NCBI GenBank assembly: GCA_963750165.1
Contig: CAVVPN010000011.1
Location: 256,001 to 320,000, forward strand
Direction: 5' to 3'
Length of the DNA stretch: 64,000 bases
DNA from: an uncultured Gemmataceae bacterium
Lineage (GTDB): Bacteria > Planctomycetota > Planctomycetia > Gemmatales > Gemmataceae
Below are positions 1 through 10,702 of the stretch, piece after piece (within the stretch, counting starts at the first letter, position 1; each line of letters opens with the position of its first letter). Under the pieces are notes generated by a model that was not told the DNA's origin, made no database searches, and saw only the letters and a program-made list of their open reading frames with translations. Both the position numbers and the translations under genes were made by a program.

Positions 1-87
1 GTACCAGGCGAGCCGGGAGATACACCCTTTTCCCGCCTCGCCTTCCGCATACAACAGCCTCGGTGCCGGCCGCGCAGTAACTTTCGA

Positions 88-117
88 TTGCACCGGCTCT
101 TCACTTTGTTCTATAAT
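88..117 (+). promoter_or_regulatory. Putative sigma70-type promoter of metK
   Basis: TTGCAC (88-93), 18-nt spacer, perfect TATAAT (112-117), about 50 nt upstream of the metK GTG start. Confidence 0.5.
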
Positions 118-169
118 TACCCACCATGCCGAAAGTGCATCCTTTACCTCCCATCACGAGGACCCTTCC

Positions 170-1432
170 GTGAACTCCGACCGTTACCTGTTTACCAGTG
201 AATCCGTCAGCATGGGTCATCCCGACAAGGTGGCCGACCAGATCAGCGACGCGGTCCTCGACCACTGCCTCCGCGCCGACCCGCAGAGCCGGGTGGCCTG
301 CGAGACGATGGTGACCACCGACCTGGCTGTCGTGGCAGGCGAGATCACCACCAAGGCCGACCTGTGCCGCAAGACCCTCGACGCCCTCATCCGCAAGACC
401 ATCGCGGACATCGGCTACACCGATCCGAACATCGGCTTCGCCGCCGACACCTGCCAGGTAATCACGCACCTGCACGCCCAGTCGCCGGACATCTCGATGG
501 GCGTGGACCGCGAAGGCGCCGGCGACCAGGGCATGATGTTCGGCTTCGCGTGCAAGGAGACCAGCACGCTGATGCCGCTGCCGATTTACCTGGCGCACCG
601 CCTGGTCGAGAACCACGCCAAGCTGCGCCAGAGCGGCCAGCTCAAATGGCTGCGGCCCGACGCCAAGAGCCAGGTCACCGTCGAGTACAACACCGACGGC
701 ACACCGCACCGCATCCACACCGTCGTCATCTCGACGCAGCACGACGAGAGCGTGATGGCCAAAAAGGGCAGCACGGAGCTGTTCTCCGACGAGGCCCGCA
801 AGATTTTGATCGACAAGCTGATCCTGCCGACGCTGAAGGCCGAATGGCACGACCTGGTCAAGGGCGACATGACGCTGGTGCTGCCGGGCATGGCGGCCGC
901 GGCCAACGACGAGCACATCCGCTGCCACATCAACCCGACGGGCAACTTCCTGTGCGGCGGCCCACACGGCGACTGCGGCCTGACGGGGCGCAAGATCATC
1001 GTGGACACCTACGGCGGTCGCGGCCGGCACGGCGGCGGCGCCTTCAGCGGCAAGGATCCGACCAAGGTGGACCGCAGCGCCGCTTACATGGCGCGCTACA
1101 TCGCCAAGAACATCGTCGCCGCGGACCTGGCCAGCCAGTGCGAGGTGCAGCTGTCCTACGCGATCGGCTACCCCGACCCGCTGAACATCTGGGTGAGCAC
1201 GAACGGCACCACGGCCGCGGGGGTGAACGAGGAGCAGCTGGTGGACCTGATCCGCAAGCACTTCAAGCTGACGCCGCGCGGCATCATCGAGACGCTGAAC
1301 CTGCGGCGGCCGATCTATCACGAGACGGCGCGGCACGGCCACTTCGGCCGCGAGCTGGACACATTCACATGGGAGCGAACCGACAAGGCGGCGGCGCTGC
1401 GCAAGGAAGTCGGCGTGCCGGCGATGGCATAA
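170..1432 (+). CDS. metK: S-adenosylmethionine synthetase
   Basis: [26 protein letters not shown] and [16 protein letters not shown] signatures. Confidence 0.98.
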   Translation: MNSDRYLFTSESVSMGHPDKVADQISDAVLDHCLRADPQSRVACETMVTTDLAVVAGEITTKADLCRKTLDALIRKTIADIGYTDPNIGFAADTCQVITHLHAQSPDISMGVDREGAGDQGMMFGFACKETSTLMPLPIYLAHRLVENHAKLRQSGQLKWLRPDAKSQVTVEYNTDGTPHRIHTVVISTQHDESVMAKKGSTELFSDEARKILIDKLILPTLKAEWHDLVKGDMTLVLPGMAAAANDEHIRCHINPTGNFLCGGPHGDCGLTGRKIIVDTYGGRGRHGGGAFSGKDPTKVDRSAAYMARYIAKNIVAADLASQCEVQLSYAIGYPDPLNIWVSTNGTTAAGVNEEQLVDLIRKHFKLTPRGIIETLNLRRPIYHETARHGHFGRELDTFTWERTDKAAALRKEVGVPAMA

Positions 1433-1441
1433 CGCAGCATG

Positions 1442-1523
1442 GCAGATTGCAAATTGCAGATTGCAAATTGAAAGACAGCAAGCCCGCTGTCTTTCAATTT
1501 GCAATCTGCAATCTCAAATTTGC
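1442..1523. repeat. Long inverted repeat built of 7-bp ATTGCA(A/G) units; may act as a terminator
   Basis: GCAGATTGCAAATTGAAAGACAGC...GCTGTCTTTCAATTTGCAATCTGC directly after the metK stop. Confidence 0.8.
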
Positions 1524-1562
1524 AAGGGTTTGGTTTCGCTGGAAGGGGAAAGGAGAGACCGC

Positions 1563-2138
1563 ATGTTTTGCACCCGTGCGCTCGGGATGATCGCGTTCCT
1601 GGGCCTGCTCATCATGACCGGCCCCGCGGACCTGCGCGGCCAGAAGCCGGACGACAAGGTCACCTGCCGCATCATTTACGTGCCGACGCCGCAAACGGTC
1701 GTGGACAAAATGCTGGACATGGCCAAGGTCACCGAGAAGGACTACGTGTTCGACCTCGGCTGCGGTGACGGCCGCGTCGTGGCGACCGCCGCCAAGAAGT
1801 TCAAGGCGCGCGGTGTCGGCGTGGACATTGACCCGGCCCGCATCAAGGACTCGCACGAGACGCTCAAGAAGTTCGGCGTCGAGCGTATGGTCGATATTCG
1901 CCAGGGCGACGCCCTGAAGGTCAAGGATCTGGAGAACGCCACGGTCATCATGCTGTACATGCTGCCGGAGTTCATGGAGAAGCTGGAACCGCAGGCGCTG
2001 AAGAAACTGAAGCCCGGCACGCGCATCGTCGCCCACGACTACCCGTTCCCGAACTGGAAGGCGGATCGGGTCGTCGAGTTCAAGGGCCCCGAACGCGAAC
2101 ACACCCTGTACATGTGGACGGTGCGTGAGAAGAAATAA
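1563..2138 (+). CDS. Class I SAM-dependent methyltransferase with N-terminal signal peptide
   Basis: YVPTP, FDLGCGDGR motif I, LKPGTRIVAHDY; GGAGAG RBS before ATG 1563. Confidence 0.88.
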   Translation: MFCTRALGMIAFLGLLIMTGPADLRGQKPDDKVTCRIIYVPTPQTVVDKMLDMAKVTEKDYVFDLGCGDGRVVATAAKKFKARGVGVDIDPARIKDSHETLKKFGVERMVDIRQGDALKVKDLENATVIMLYMLPEFMEKLEPQALKKLKPGTRIVAHDYPFPNWKADRVVEFKGPEREHTLYMWTVREKK

Positions 2139-2253
2139 TCTGCTTTGCTTCAAAGGAGGTATCGCCCAGGACCGGGCAGCCGGTCGGCACGCGCATGTCC
2201 CGGATCAGTCGGCGGCGCGGTCCGTCGGGGCCGGGCGTCGCGGCGATTTGCCT

Positions 2254-3534
2254 TCAATCGTGAACCTTGTCCCACAACGGCTTGAAGATTTCTTCCTTCT
2301 GCCGGTACTTCTGCAGCGCCTCGGTCAGGGGCAGCATGGCCCGGCAAAATTCGCCGAAGCCGCCTTTCAGGTCGCCGCCGCGCAGCAACCGCTCGGCCTG
2401 TTCGCGGTGCCGCCGGCTCTGCTCCCAGTCCACCTGCCACTGCCGCTCGCGCACCCGGGCCTCCAGCACACCCAAAGCGCGGGCGAGCTTGTGGACCATC
2501 GCCAGGTCGATGGCACACGACAGCTGCCGATGAATCTGCAGCGGCCGGGTCTCGTCCGCCGGCGCCAGCTTTTCCTGTTGGCTCTGCAGCAGCAGGCCGA
2601 CCAGGCCGGCGATCAGCGCCACCGCCGCCAGCAGGAACAGCGGCATCACGAGACCGATGCTGAAAATGTGGCAGACGATGGCCAGCATGGCCAGGACGAT
2701 GCTGCCCAGCAGCGCTCCCAGCGGCCAGGCGGTGACGTACCACGGCACGTCGGGCAGCGGTGGCGGGGCGGCGCCGACCACCCGACCGACACGCACCACC
2801 AGCACGGTGATGTTGTCCGGCCCGCCCTGCAGGTTCGCCAGGTCCACCAGGAACTGACACGCCTCCTTCGGCGGCAGGGCGGTGACGACGGCGCCGATCT
2901 CGCGATCCGTCACGGGCCCCGACAGGCCATCACTGCACAGCACAAAGATGTCGCCGGATCGCAACGGATGCGGCCCCTCGATGTCCACCTGCACCAGCGG
3001 CTCGGGCCCCAGCGAGCGGACGATGACATTGGTGGGAATGCCCTGCAACTCCTCGGGGCGGACGCGCTGACGGCGGGCTAACTCCCAGACCAGGCTGTGG
3101 TCGAAACTGAGCTGTTCGATGCGGCCGTCACGAACGCGGTAAGCCCGGCTGTCGCCGACGTGGCCGACCCAGGCGCCTTCGGGACCGAGAACCAGGGCGG
3201 TGGCGGTGGTGCCCATGCCCTCAAACTCGCGGTTCTGCTGGCCGCGGTTGTGGATGGCGAAGTTGGTCTCGACGAAGGCCTTGCGCAGCGCCGCGTGGGC
3301 GCCTTCCTGGACATACTTGGTGTAGATGTGCGGGATGTTGTCCACGGCGATTTTGCTGGCCATTTCGCCGACCGCGTGCGCCCCCATGCCGTCGGCCACC
3401 AGGAAAAGATGGCCGCGGCCCTGCCATTGCTCCGCGTCGGTCGCGGTGAGCACGGCGAAAGCGTCCTGGTTGTGACTGCGGCGGACGCCAACGTCGGTCA
3501 AACTCGCGTATTCTATGTTGTCGAAGCCTGCCAC
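2254..3534 (-). CDS. PP2C/Stp1-type Ser/Thr protein phosphatase with C-terminal TM segments
   Basis: TDVGVRRSHNQDA, VADGMGAHAVGE, HVGDSRAY, LCSDGL, GGPDNIT motifs. Confidence 0.93.
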   Translation of the reverse strand: MAGFDNIEYASLTDVGVRRSHNQDAFAVLTATDAEQWQGRGHLFLVADGMGAHAVGEMASKIAVDNIPHIYTKYVQEGAHAALRKAFVETNFAIHNRGQQNREFEGMGTTATALVLGPEGAWVGHVGDSRAYRVRDGRIEQLSFDHSLVWELARRQRVRPEELQGIPTNVIVRSLGPEPLVQVDIEGPHPLRSGDIFVLCSDGLSGPVTDREIGAVVTALPPKEACQFLVDLANLQGGPDNITVLVVRVGRVVGAAPPPLPDVPWYVTAWPLGALLGSIVLAMLAIVCHIFSIGLVMPLFLLAAVALIAGLVGLLLQSQQEKLAPADETRPLQIHRQLSCAIDLAMVHKLARALGVLEARVRERQWQVDWEQSRRHREQAERLLRGGDLKGGFGEFCRAMLPLTEALQKYRQKEEIFKPLWDKVHD

Positions 3535-3752
3535 CGTCGTACCCCGGGCCTGCGCTCGCGATTTGCACTTCCCGTATGCTACACCGCCGCCGGGAGATTG
3601 GATAGTCAGTTTCCCCTTCCCCCTCCGTAGCGACGGGCGGCTCGCCGGTCGCCGCCGAACGTTCGACAGGCGGGCCGCCCGTCGCTACGATAGGGGCGGG
3701 CGCCGGCGTTCGGGGTACGGGCGCGGCGGCCGCTGGCAAATGGGAGGCGACC

Positions 3753-4988
3753 ATGAACAGACGGGTTCTGGGCACGGCCCTGCTGCTGGGCGTGCTGGGC
3801 ACCGCGGCGGCGGACGACTGGCCGCAGTGGCGCGGCCGGCACCGCGACGGTCTCTCGGAGGAGGCGGGGCTGCTGCAGAAGTGGCCGCCGGCCGGGCCGA
3901 AGTTGTTGTGGAAGGCGGGCAGCCTGGGCGACACCTTCTCGTACTCCACGGCTGCCGTTTCCCGTGGGCGTGTTTACCTGTTGGCCACGCAGCGCGACCG
4001 GGAAGTGCTGATCGCGCTGAGCGAGGAGACGGGCCGGCCGCTCTGGACGCAGCCGATCGGTCCGGTCGGCAAGAACATCGGCGTACAGTACCCGGGGGCG
4101 CGTTCGACGCCGACGGTGGATGGCGATCTGGTGTTCGTCCTCGGTTCGGACGGCGACCTGGTGTGCCTCGACGCCGAGAAGGGCAGACGGCAGTGGGCGC
4201 TGCACCTGCGCACCGACCTGGGCGGCGTCATGGGCAGCTGGGCCTACGCGGAGTCGCCGCTGGTGGACGGCGATTATGTCATCTGCACGCCCGGCGGCCC
4301 CAAGGCGACGCTGGCGGCGATCCACAAGCGCAGCGGCAAGGTGTTCTGGAAGGCCGCGGTGACCGGCGTCGGCATCAAGGCGGCGTACTCCTCGCTGGTC
4401 GTCGGCGAGGTGGGCGGCGTGCGGCAGTACATCGGCTTTATCCACGGGGGCCTGGTCGGTGTCGAGGCACGGACCGGCAAGTTTTTGTGGCGCTACACGC
4501 AGACCTCCTTTGCCGCGTCCAATGTGCCGACGGCCATTTTCAAGGACGGCCTGGTGTACAGCAACTCCGGTAAGGAGGGCGGCGTGGCCCGGCTGACGGC
4601 CGCCAACGGCGCCTTTTCGGCGGTGCCCGTCTACGGCCTCAAGGAGCTGGCCAACAAGGTCGGCAGCGCGGTGCTGGTGGACGGGCACGTCTACAGCGCC
4701 GGGTTGAATCTGGTGTGCGTCGAGTTCGCCACGGGCAAGGTCAAGTGGAGCAACCCGTGCGTCGGGCCGGGGTCACTGTGCTGCGCAGACGGCTGCCTGT
4801 ACGTGCGCGGTGAGAAGGGACAGGTGGCGCTGGTGCAGGCCAGCCCGCGCGGCTACGTGGAGAAGGGCCGTTTCCAGCAGCCGGAGCGCAGCGCCAAGCC
4901 GGCGTGGCCGCCGCCGGTTGTGGCCAACGGCCGGCTGTACCTGCGCGACCAGACCAATTTGTTGTGCTACGATGTCAAGGCGCGGTAG
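3753..4988 (+). CDS. PQQ-like/BamB-like beta-propeller protein, secreted
   Basis: Signal peptide, DWPQWRG, GARSTPTVDGD, PVVANGRLYLRD. Confidence 0.9.
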   Translation: MNRRVLGTALLLGVLGTAAADDWPQWRGRHRDGLSEEAGLLQKWPPAGPKLLWKAGSLGDTFSYSTAAVSRGRVYLLATQRDREVLIALSEETGRPLWTQPIGPVGKNIGVQYPGARSTPTVDGDLVFVLGSDGDLVCLDAEKGRRQWALHLRTDLGGVMGSWAYAESPLVDGDYVICTPGGPKATLAAIHKRSGKVFWKAAVTGVGIKAAYSSLVVGEVGGVRQYIGFIHGGLVGVEARTGKFLWRYTQTSFAASNVPTAIFKDGLVYSNSGKEGGVARLTAANGAFSAVPVYGLKELANKVGSAVLVDGHVYSAGLNLVCVEFATGKVKWSNPCVGPGSLCCADGCLYVRGEKGQVALVQASPRGYVEKGRFQQPERSAKPAWPPPVVANGRLYLRDQTNLLCYDVKAR

Positions 4989-5032
4989 TGAGCCGGCCTT
5001 TTTCTGTGGACGGTGGGTTTCGGAGAGGAAAG

Positions 5033-6286
5033 ATGAACCGACGGTTTCTCTACGCTGCCTTCTTCTTCCTGGTGTTGCTGGCCCCGGCCGCGGCGGACGA
5101 CTGGCCGCAGTGGCGCGGCCCGAAGCGCGACAGCGTCTCGCGCGAGAAAGGTTTGCTGCAAGCGTGGCCGCAGGGCGGTCCCAAACTGCTCTGGAAGGCG
5201 ACCAAGCTGGGCGACGGGCCCTCGTACTCCACGCCGGCGGTCTCGGGCGGCCGCATCTACCTGCTGGCCATGCAGGGCAACGAGGAGGTGGCCATCGCCC
5301 TGGAGGAGAAGGACGGCAGCCGCCTGTGGGCGAAACGTGTCGGCGGCGTTGGCAAGAACCCGGCCAGCAACAACTGGCCCGGGCCGCGCTCGACGCCCAC
5401 CATCGACGGCGACGCCCTGTACGCCCTCAGTTCGGACGGCGACCTCACCTGCCTGGGCCTGGCCAGGGGCGAGCTGCGCTGGACGAGGAACCTGCGCAAG
5501 CAGTTCGGCGGTTCGTCCGGCAAGTGGGCCTACGCCGAGTCGCCGCTGATCGATGGCGAGCTGTTGATCTGCACACCGGGCGGCAGCACCGCGACGCTGA
5601 TGGCGCTGCGGAAGACCGACGGCGCAGTGGTCTGGAAGGCGAAGGTTCCGGGCGGCGACGCGGCCGGATACGCTTCAGTGGTGATCGGCGAGGTGGGGGG
5701 CGTCCGCATGTACATCCAGCTCCTGAGCAACGGCGTCGTGGGCGTCGAGGCCAAAACGGGCAAGTTCCTGTGGCGCTCCACCAAGGGGACGAACAAGGTC
5801 GCCAATATCCCGACGGCGGTGTTCCACGACAACCGCGTCTTCGTCTCCACGGGCTACGGCGGCGGCGCGGCCCTGGCGAAGTTGACGGCCGCGGGCAGCG
5901 GCGTGTCGGCGACGAACGTGTGGGCGTCCAAGCAGATGGCGAACCAGATCGGCGGCGTGGTCGTGTTGGGCGAGCACCTGTACGGCACCAACGGCCAGGC
6001 GCTGCTGTGCCTGGAGTTCGCGACCGGCAAGGCGAAGTGGGCCATGCGGGCGGCCGGCCAGGGTTCGCTCTGTTACGCGGACGGCTGCCTGTACGTGCGC
6101 GGCGAGAAGAGCAATGAGGTGGTCCTGGTGGAAGCGAACCCGACCGCCTATGTGGAGAAGGGTCGGTTCAGCCAGCCGGAGCGCAGCAGCAAGCCGGCGT
6201 GGCCATACCCGGTGGTGGCCAACGGCCGGCTGTATTTGCGCGACCAGTCCGTCCTGTTGTGCTACGACGTGAAGCGGTCGCAGTGA
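5033..6286 (+). CDS. PQQ-like/BamB-like beta-propeller protein, tandem paralog
   Basis: Same motifs as the upstream gene (DWPQWRG, GPRSTPTIDGD, VVANGRLYLRD); AGGA RBS before ATG 5033. Confidence 0.9.
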   Translation: MNRRFLYAAFFFLVLLAPAAADDWPQWRGPKRDSVSREKGLLQAWPQGGPKLLWKATKLGDGPSYSTPAVSGGRIYLLAMQGNEEVAIALEEKDGSRLWAKRVGGVGKNPASNNWPGPRSTPTIDGDALYALSSDGDLTCLGLARGELRWTRNLRKQFGGSSGKWAYAESPLIDGELLICTPGGSTATLMALRKTDGAVVWKAKVPGGDAAGYASVVIGEVGGVRMYIQLLSNGVVGVEAKTGKFLWRSTKGTNKVANIPTAVFHDNRVFVSTGYGGGAALAKLTAAGSGVSATNVWASKQMANQIGGVVVLGEHLYGTNGQALLCLEFATGKAKWAMRAAGQGSLCYADGCLYVRGEKSNEVVLVEANPTAYVEKGRFSQPERSSKPAWPYPVVANGRLYLRDQSVLLCYDVKRSQ

Positions 6287-6290
6287 CCCC

Positions 6291-6347
6291 GTAGTGCGGG
6301 CGGCACGCCTGCACCGCCTGATTGTGCAGGCGGCCCGCCCCCACTAC
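6291..6347. repeat. GTAG...CTAC REP-like inverted element
   Basis: GTAGTGCGGGCGG...CCCGCCCCCACTAC between convergent genes. Confidence 0.6.
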
Positions 6348-6357
6348 GACAGCGTCC

Positions 6358-6549
6358 CCTGTTGTGGCCCGGTCTCCTGACCGGGCCACGGCTGCGACCG
6401 AAGGTCTCCTCTTCGAGCGCTAGAACCCGGAGGAGACCTTCGGTCGGGGCCCGTGGCTTGGTCAGGAGACCAAGCCACAACACGGGGAGACCAGGCCACA
6501 ACACGGGGAGACCAAGCCGCAACACGGGGAGACCAAGCCACAACACGGG
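6358..6549. repeat. Palindromic element ending in a 4 x 21-bp tandem repeat
   Basis: GTTGTGGCCCGGTCTCCTGACC...GGTCAGGAGACCAAGCCACAAC inverted arms; GAGACCAAGCCACAACACGGG x4 at 6466-6549. Confidence 0.85.
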
Positions 6550-6567
6550 CACCACGGCGAAGACGAT

Positions 6568-7188
6568 TCACGGCAGCGTCCGTAGCACCGCCCGCACCGG
6601 GCTGGCGTCGAAGCCGACCAGCTTCAACGGCAGCGCGATCAGTTCGTACACCCCCTCCGGCACGTCGTTCAACACCAACCCTTCCAGGATGGCCATGTCG
6701 CAGCGCAAAAAGGCGTGGTGCGCCGGCAGGTTCTTTGAGTCGAACAGGTCCACGCTGGGCGTGTCGATGCCGACGAGGCGGACGCCGTGGCCGTGCAGCG
6801 CCTCGACCAGCTCGGGACTCAGGGCGGCGAAATCCGTGGCGAAGTGCTGCGGGTCGGTGAACGAGCCGGTGGCGATCAGCAGGCGCGGCGCCCGCGGCGG
6901 CAGCGGCAACCGCTCCGGTTCGATTCGCGTCCGCGGCGGCGTCGGCAGGTGGACGACCTGGCATGGCCCCAGGTAAAAGTCGAGGCTGCGGGCGTCGATG
7001 CCGGGGGCGGGGTGGCCGTAGTGGTTTGGCGCGTCGGCGTGCGCCCCGAGGTGGACGGTGGCGTGCAGCGTGGACAGGGTGATGTTGTCGCCGCGCTCGA
7101 TGGCGCAGAGCACTTCGCGGCGCGGCGGCGTGTCGCCGGGCCAGACCGCCAGCTGTTCAGAGATCGGGGGCGTGATGTCGTAAATCAT
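6568..7188 (-). CDS. kynB: Kynurenine formamidase (metal-dependent cyclase family)
   Basis: MIYDITPP, VWPGD, HLGAHADAP, VGIDTPSVD, DASPVRAVL; start overlaps the kynA stop. Confidence 0.92.
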   Translation of the reverse strand: MIYDITPPISEQLAVWPGDTPPRREVLCAIERGDNITLSTLHATVHLGAHADAPNHYGHPAPGIDARSLDFYLGPCQVVHLPTPPRTRIEPERLPLPPRAPRLLIATGSFTDPQHFATDFAALSPELVEALHGHGVRLVGIDTPSVDLFDSKNLPAHHAFLRCDMAILEGLVLNDVPEGVYELIALPLKLVGFDASPVRAVLRTLP

Positions 7189-7967
7189 AGTTGGTGGCGG
7201 ATGCTCCACAGGTCGGGGAACAGCGGGTGGAACAGCGATTTTTTCAGGAATTCGACGCCGAGCGAGCCACCGGTGCCGTGCTTGCTGCCGATGGTGCGCT
7301 CGACCAGCTTGATGTGTCGGTAGCGCCACTCCTGAAAGCCCTCGTCAAAGTCGGTCATCAGCTCGAAGAGGATGAGCAGGTTCGGCTGCGTCCGGTACAG
7401 GTGCAAAATGCCGGTGGCGACCGTCTCATCCGGAATGTTGGGCAGCGTCGGGTCGCGCTGCCGCAGCGCTGGAGGGATGGCGACGCCGCATTTTTCGAGG
7501 AAGTCGTAGAAGCCATCGACGACCGACGGCTCGCGCAGCCGCCGCCACAGGTCGTCGTGTTCCCCCGAGGTCTGCGGCAGGTGCTTGAGCATGTCCGGCC
7601 GCTTGTAGCCGAGCAGAAACTCCAGTTCGCGGAACTGTGTCGATTGGAAGCCGGAGGCCGTGTCCAGGCGAGCGCGAAAGCTGGCGAACGACATCGGCGT
7701 CAGCGTCTCAACAATGTCGATCTGCTCGACCATGACTTTCATGATGGTGCGTGTCCGCTTGAAGGACGCGATGGCACCGTACAGGTCGCCGGCGCGGAAC
7801 TGCTCCTTGATGCGGTCGAACTCGTGCAGCTGGAGCTTGAACCACAATTCATACGCCTGGTGGACGATGATGAACAACGTCTCGTCGTGCTCGGGCGGTT
7901 CGGAGCGCGGCTGCTGCAACGAGAGCAATTGTGGCAAATAGAGATAGGTGGAGTATGTTAGGTGCAT
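7185..7967 (-). CDS. kynA: Tryptophan 2,3-dioxygenase
   Basis: TYSTYL, HDETLFIIVHQAYELWFK, ASGFQS, RTIGSKHGTGGS. Confidence 0.96.
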   Translation of the reverse strand: MHLTYSTYLYLPQLLSLQQPRSEPPEHDETLFIIVHQAYELWFKLQLHEFDRIKEQFRAGDLYGAIASFKRTRTIMKVMVEQIDIVETLTPMSFASFRARLDTASGFQSTQFRELEFLLGYKRPDMLKHLPQTSGEHDDLWRRLREPSVVDGFYDFLEKCGVAIPPALRQRDPTLPNIPDETVATGILHLYRTQPNLLILFELMTDFDEGFQEWRYRHIKLVERTIGSKHGTGGSLGVEFLKKSLFHPLFPDLWSIRHQL

Positions 7968-8020
7968 GTTACCATTCTCGGTTTTCTTCCGGGGGGCAGG
8001 CTGGAAAGCCTGCCCCACGT

Positions 8021-9349
8021 TCAAGCGGCCAACCTCAGACACAGGATGGCCGCCAGCAGCGCGACGATCAGCAGCCACCCCAGCATGATGCGTACCCAGC
8101 GATCCTGTGCCAGCGCCCGGCGCTGCGCCGCGGCGTACGGCGTCGTCGTGAAGCTGACCAGCGTGTACAGCGGCACGTACCAGCGCGGAAACAACGTATG
8201 CAGCAAAATCCCCAGCTTTTTCCTCCATAGAAACAGTCGCGAACTAACGCGGTCGCGCATCTCCAGAAAATTATCGATGGCCAGGTCCGCGAGGGTGTCG
8301 GTGTTGCCCTTGCGGCGGCGCTCGTACTCGTCGAGGGCTGCGGCCCACATCGGGCCGTGCCGCGTCAGGCACTGCGTCAGGACGGTGCAGTCCTCGAAGG
8401 CGGCGTTCATGCCCTGGCCGAGGAAGGGCACCACCGCGTGCGCCGCGTCGCCGAGCAGCGCCACGCGGCCGTCGTGGTGCCACGGTTGACAGCGGATTGT
8501 CACCAGCGGCCCGACCGGGTTGCGGCGATAATCCTCCAGCAGCGTCGGCATCAGCGGCACCGCGTCCGGAAACTGCTCGTGGAAGTACCGCCGCACCTCG
8601 TCATCCGTTTTCAGGCCGGCGAAGCTGTTCGGCCCCTCGTAGGGCCAGAAGAGGGTGCAGGTGAACGAACCGTCGCGGTTGGGCAGTGCGATCATCATGA
8701 AGCTGTGTCGCGGCCAGATGTGCAGTGCGTGCGGCTCCATCTGAAACATGCCGCCGGGGCCGGCCGGGATGCTCAGTTCCTTGTAGCCGTAGTTGAGGTA
8801 ATCCTGCCGATAATTGAAGCGCTCGTGCCGCTGCAGCTCCGTGCGCACTACCGAGTACGCGCCGTCGGCGGCGATGACGACGTTGGCCGGAACGTGCGCC
8901 GGGCCGCTGGGCGTGGCGAACGTCAGCGTGGCGGTGGCCAGCTCAACGCCCGTGCAGCGGTGCTCGAAGAACAGCCGCACACCGGGGCAGCGCGCCGCCG
9001 CCTCGATGAGTGTGACGTTCAGGCCGGCGCGCGACACGGAGTTGATGGCCTGACCCTGCTTGCCGTAGGGCTGAAACGTCAGTTCGCCGGTGGGGGAATG
9101 CATCATGCGGCCGCGCATGGGGATGGCGTCGCGCAACACCGCGTCCGCCAGGCCGACCACCTTGAGCGCCTCAATGCCGCGCACCGACAGCGCCAGGTTA
9201 ATGGAGCGGCCGTGGTCCTGCGGCCCCTGCCGCGGGTCGGGGCGCTTCTCGTACAGATCGACACGGTAGCCCGCCCGGCCGAGGTGGCACGCCAGCAGCG
9301 CCCCGGCCAGGCCCGAGCCGACGACGGTGAACTGCGGCAGATCGGCCAT
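8021..9349 (-). CDS. kmo: Kynurenine 3-monooxygenase
   Basis: GSGLAG FAD motif, GRSINLALSVRG, LHIWPRHSFMMIALPN, GDAAHAVVPFLGQGMN. Confidence 0.95.
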   Translation of the reverse strand: MADLPQFTVVGSGLAGALLACHLGRAGYRVDLYEKRPDPRQGPQDHGRSINLALSVRGIEALKVVGLADAVLRDAIPMRGRMMHSPTGELTFQPYGKQGQAINSVSRAGLNVTLIEAAARCPGVRLFFEHRCTGVELATATLTFATPSGPAHVPANVVIAADGAYSVVRTELQRHERFNYRQDYLNYGYKELSIPAGPGGMFQMEPHALHIWPRHSFMMIALPNRDGSFTCTLFWPYEGPNSFAGLKTDDEVRRYFHEQFPDAVPLMPTLLEDYRRNPVGPLVTIRCQPWHHDGRVALLGDAAHAVVPFLGQGMNAAFEDCTVLTQCLTRHGPMWAAALDEYERRRKGNTDTLADLAIDNFLEMRDRVSSRLFLWRKKLGILLHTLFPRWYVPLYTLVSFTTTPYAAAQRRALAQDRWVRIMLGWLLIVALLAAILCLRLAA

Positions 9350-9364
9350 GCAGCGCTCCCACGA

Positions 9365-10633
9365 TCAGCGGACCTGCTCGTGCAACTGCCGGGCGAACAT
9401 CCACACTTCCTGAAACGTATTATACAGCGGCACCGGCGCCACGCGGATGACATGCGGCGGCCGGAAGTCGCAGACGATGCCGGCCCGCTGCAGCGCCGCC
9501 TGGGTTTCGCGGCCGCGGTCGCGCAGCCGCAGCGATAGGGCACAGCCGCGCTCCTCCGGCCTCCGCGGCGTGAGAACTTCCACCGCCCCGGCCAGGCGCT
9601 CCAGCAGATATTCCAGATAGCCAGTGAGCAATTCTGACTTCGCCCGCAGCGCCGCCATGCCGGCCTCGTCGAAGAGGGCCAGCGACGCTCGCAGTGGCAC
9701 CAGCGCCAGGATGGGCGGGTTGCTCACCTGCCAACCGGCCGCTCCCGGCTGCGGCACGAAGCGGTCCTGCAAGTGCATCTGAAAGCGCGTCGCCGGGTCG
9801 TTACCCCACCATCCGGCGAGGCGAGGCAAGTCCAGGTTGTTGCCGTGGCGCTCGTGGACGAAGCAACCGCCGACGGCGCCGGGGCCAGCGTTCAGGTACT
9901 TGTAACTGCACCAGACCGCGAAATCGACCTGCCAGTCATGCAACTGCAGCGGCACGTTGCCGGCCGCGTGCGCCAGGTCCCAGCCCGCAGCAGAGCCCTG
10001 CCGCTGCGCCGCCGCGGTGATGCGGCCGATGTCGAGCCACTGGCCCGTCAGGAAATTGACGCCGTTCAACAGCACCAGCGCGAGCCGTGGACCGTGCCGC
10101 TCGATCACCGCCTCGATGTCCTCGGTGCGCAGCAGTTCCTCGCCGGGCCGCGGCCGCAGCGTCAACAAATCCTCCGCCGGGTCGAGACCGTGGTGTTGCA
10201 GCTGCGACTGCACCGCGTACCGGTCGGATGGAAACGCCGGCTCATCAATGAGGATCTTGCGGCGCTCGCCGCGCGGCCGGAAGAAGGTTAGCATCATGAG
10301 GTGCAGGTTGACGGTCAGGCTGTTCATCATCACAACCTCGCCGGGCCGAGCGCCGACCAGGCGGGCACCCGTGTCGCGGAACAGTTTGTGATAGCTGTAC
10401 CACGGGTGCGGGCCGTGAAAGTGGGCGTCCACGCCGAGGCGTGCCCAGGCGTCGAGTTCCGCTTGCAGCAGCGGGCCGACGGATTTTGGTTGCAAGCCGA
10501 GGGAGTGGCCACAGAAATAGAGAAGGGGCTGGCCGTCGGGGCCAGCCGGCAAATGAAAGCGGTCGCGGAAGTGCCGCAGTGGGTCGTCGGCGTCGAGGCG
10601 GCAGGCGAACGCATCATCGGGTTGCCAGTGCAT
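9365..10633 (-). CDS. kynU: Kynureninase (PLP)
   Basis: YFCGHSLGLQP, MNSLTVNLHL, DLAHAAGN, WCSYKYLNAGPG. Confidence 0.96.
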   Translation of the reverse strand: MHWQPDDAFACRLDADDPLRHFRDRFHLPAGPDGQPLLYFCGHSLGLQPKSVGPLLQAELDAWARLGVDAHFHGPHPWYSYHKLFRDTGARLVGARPGEVVMMNSLTVNLHLMMLTFFRPRGERRKILIDEPAFPSDRYAVQSQLQHHGLDPAEDLLTLRPRPGEELLRTEDIEAVIERHGPRLALVLLNGVNFLTGQWLDIGRITAAAQRQGSAAGWDLAHAAGNVPLQLHDWQVDFAVWCSYKYLNAGPGAVGGCFVHERHGNNLDLPRLAGWWGNDPATRFQMHLQDRFVPQPGAAGWQVSNPPILALVPLRASLALFDEAGMAALRAKSELLTGYLEYLLERLAGAVEVLTPRRPEERGCALSLRLRDRGRETQAALQRAGIVCDFRPPHVIRVAPVPLYNTFQEVWMFARQLHEQVR

Positions 10634-10702
10634 GGCGAAACTCCGCTCGGCGATGGGACGGCAGGATTCACGGGGAACATATCAAGTCGGGGAGAAGACG
10701 GC

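Noticed and set aside
1..169. SAM riboswitch upstream of metK
   Set aside because: No recognisable aptamer motif, and the leader after the putative promoter is short
6466..6549. Possible CRISPR array
   Set aside because: Contiguous 21-bp units with no unique spacers and no cas genes
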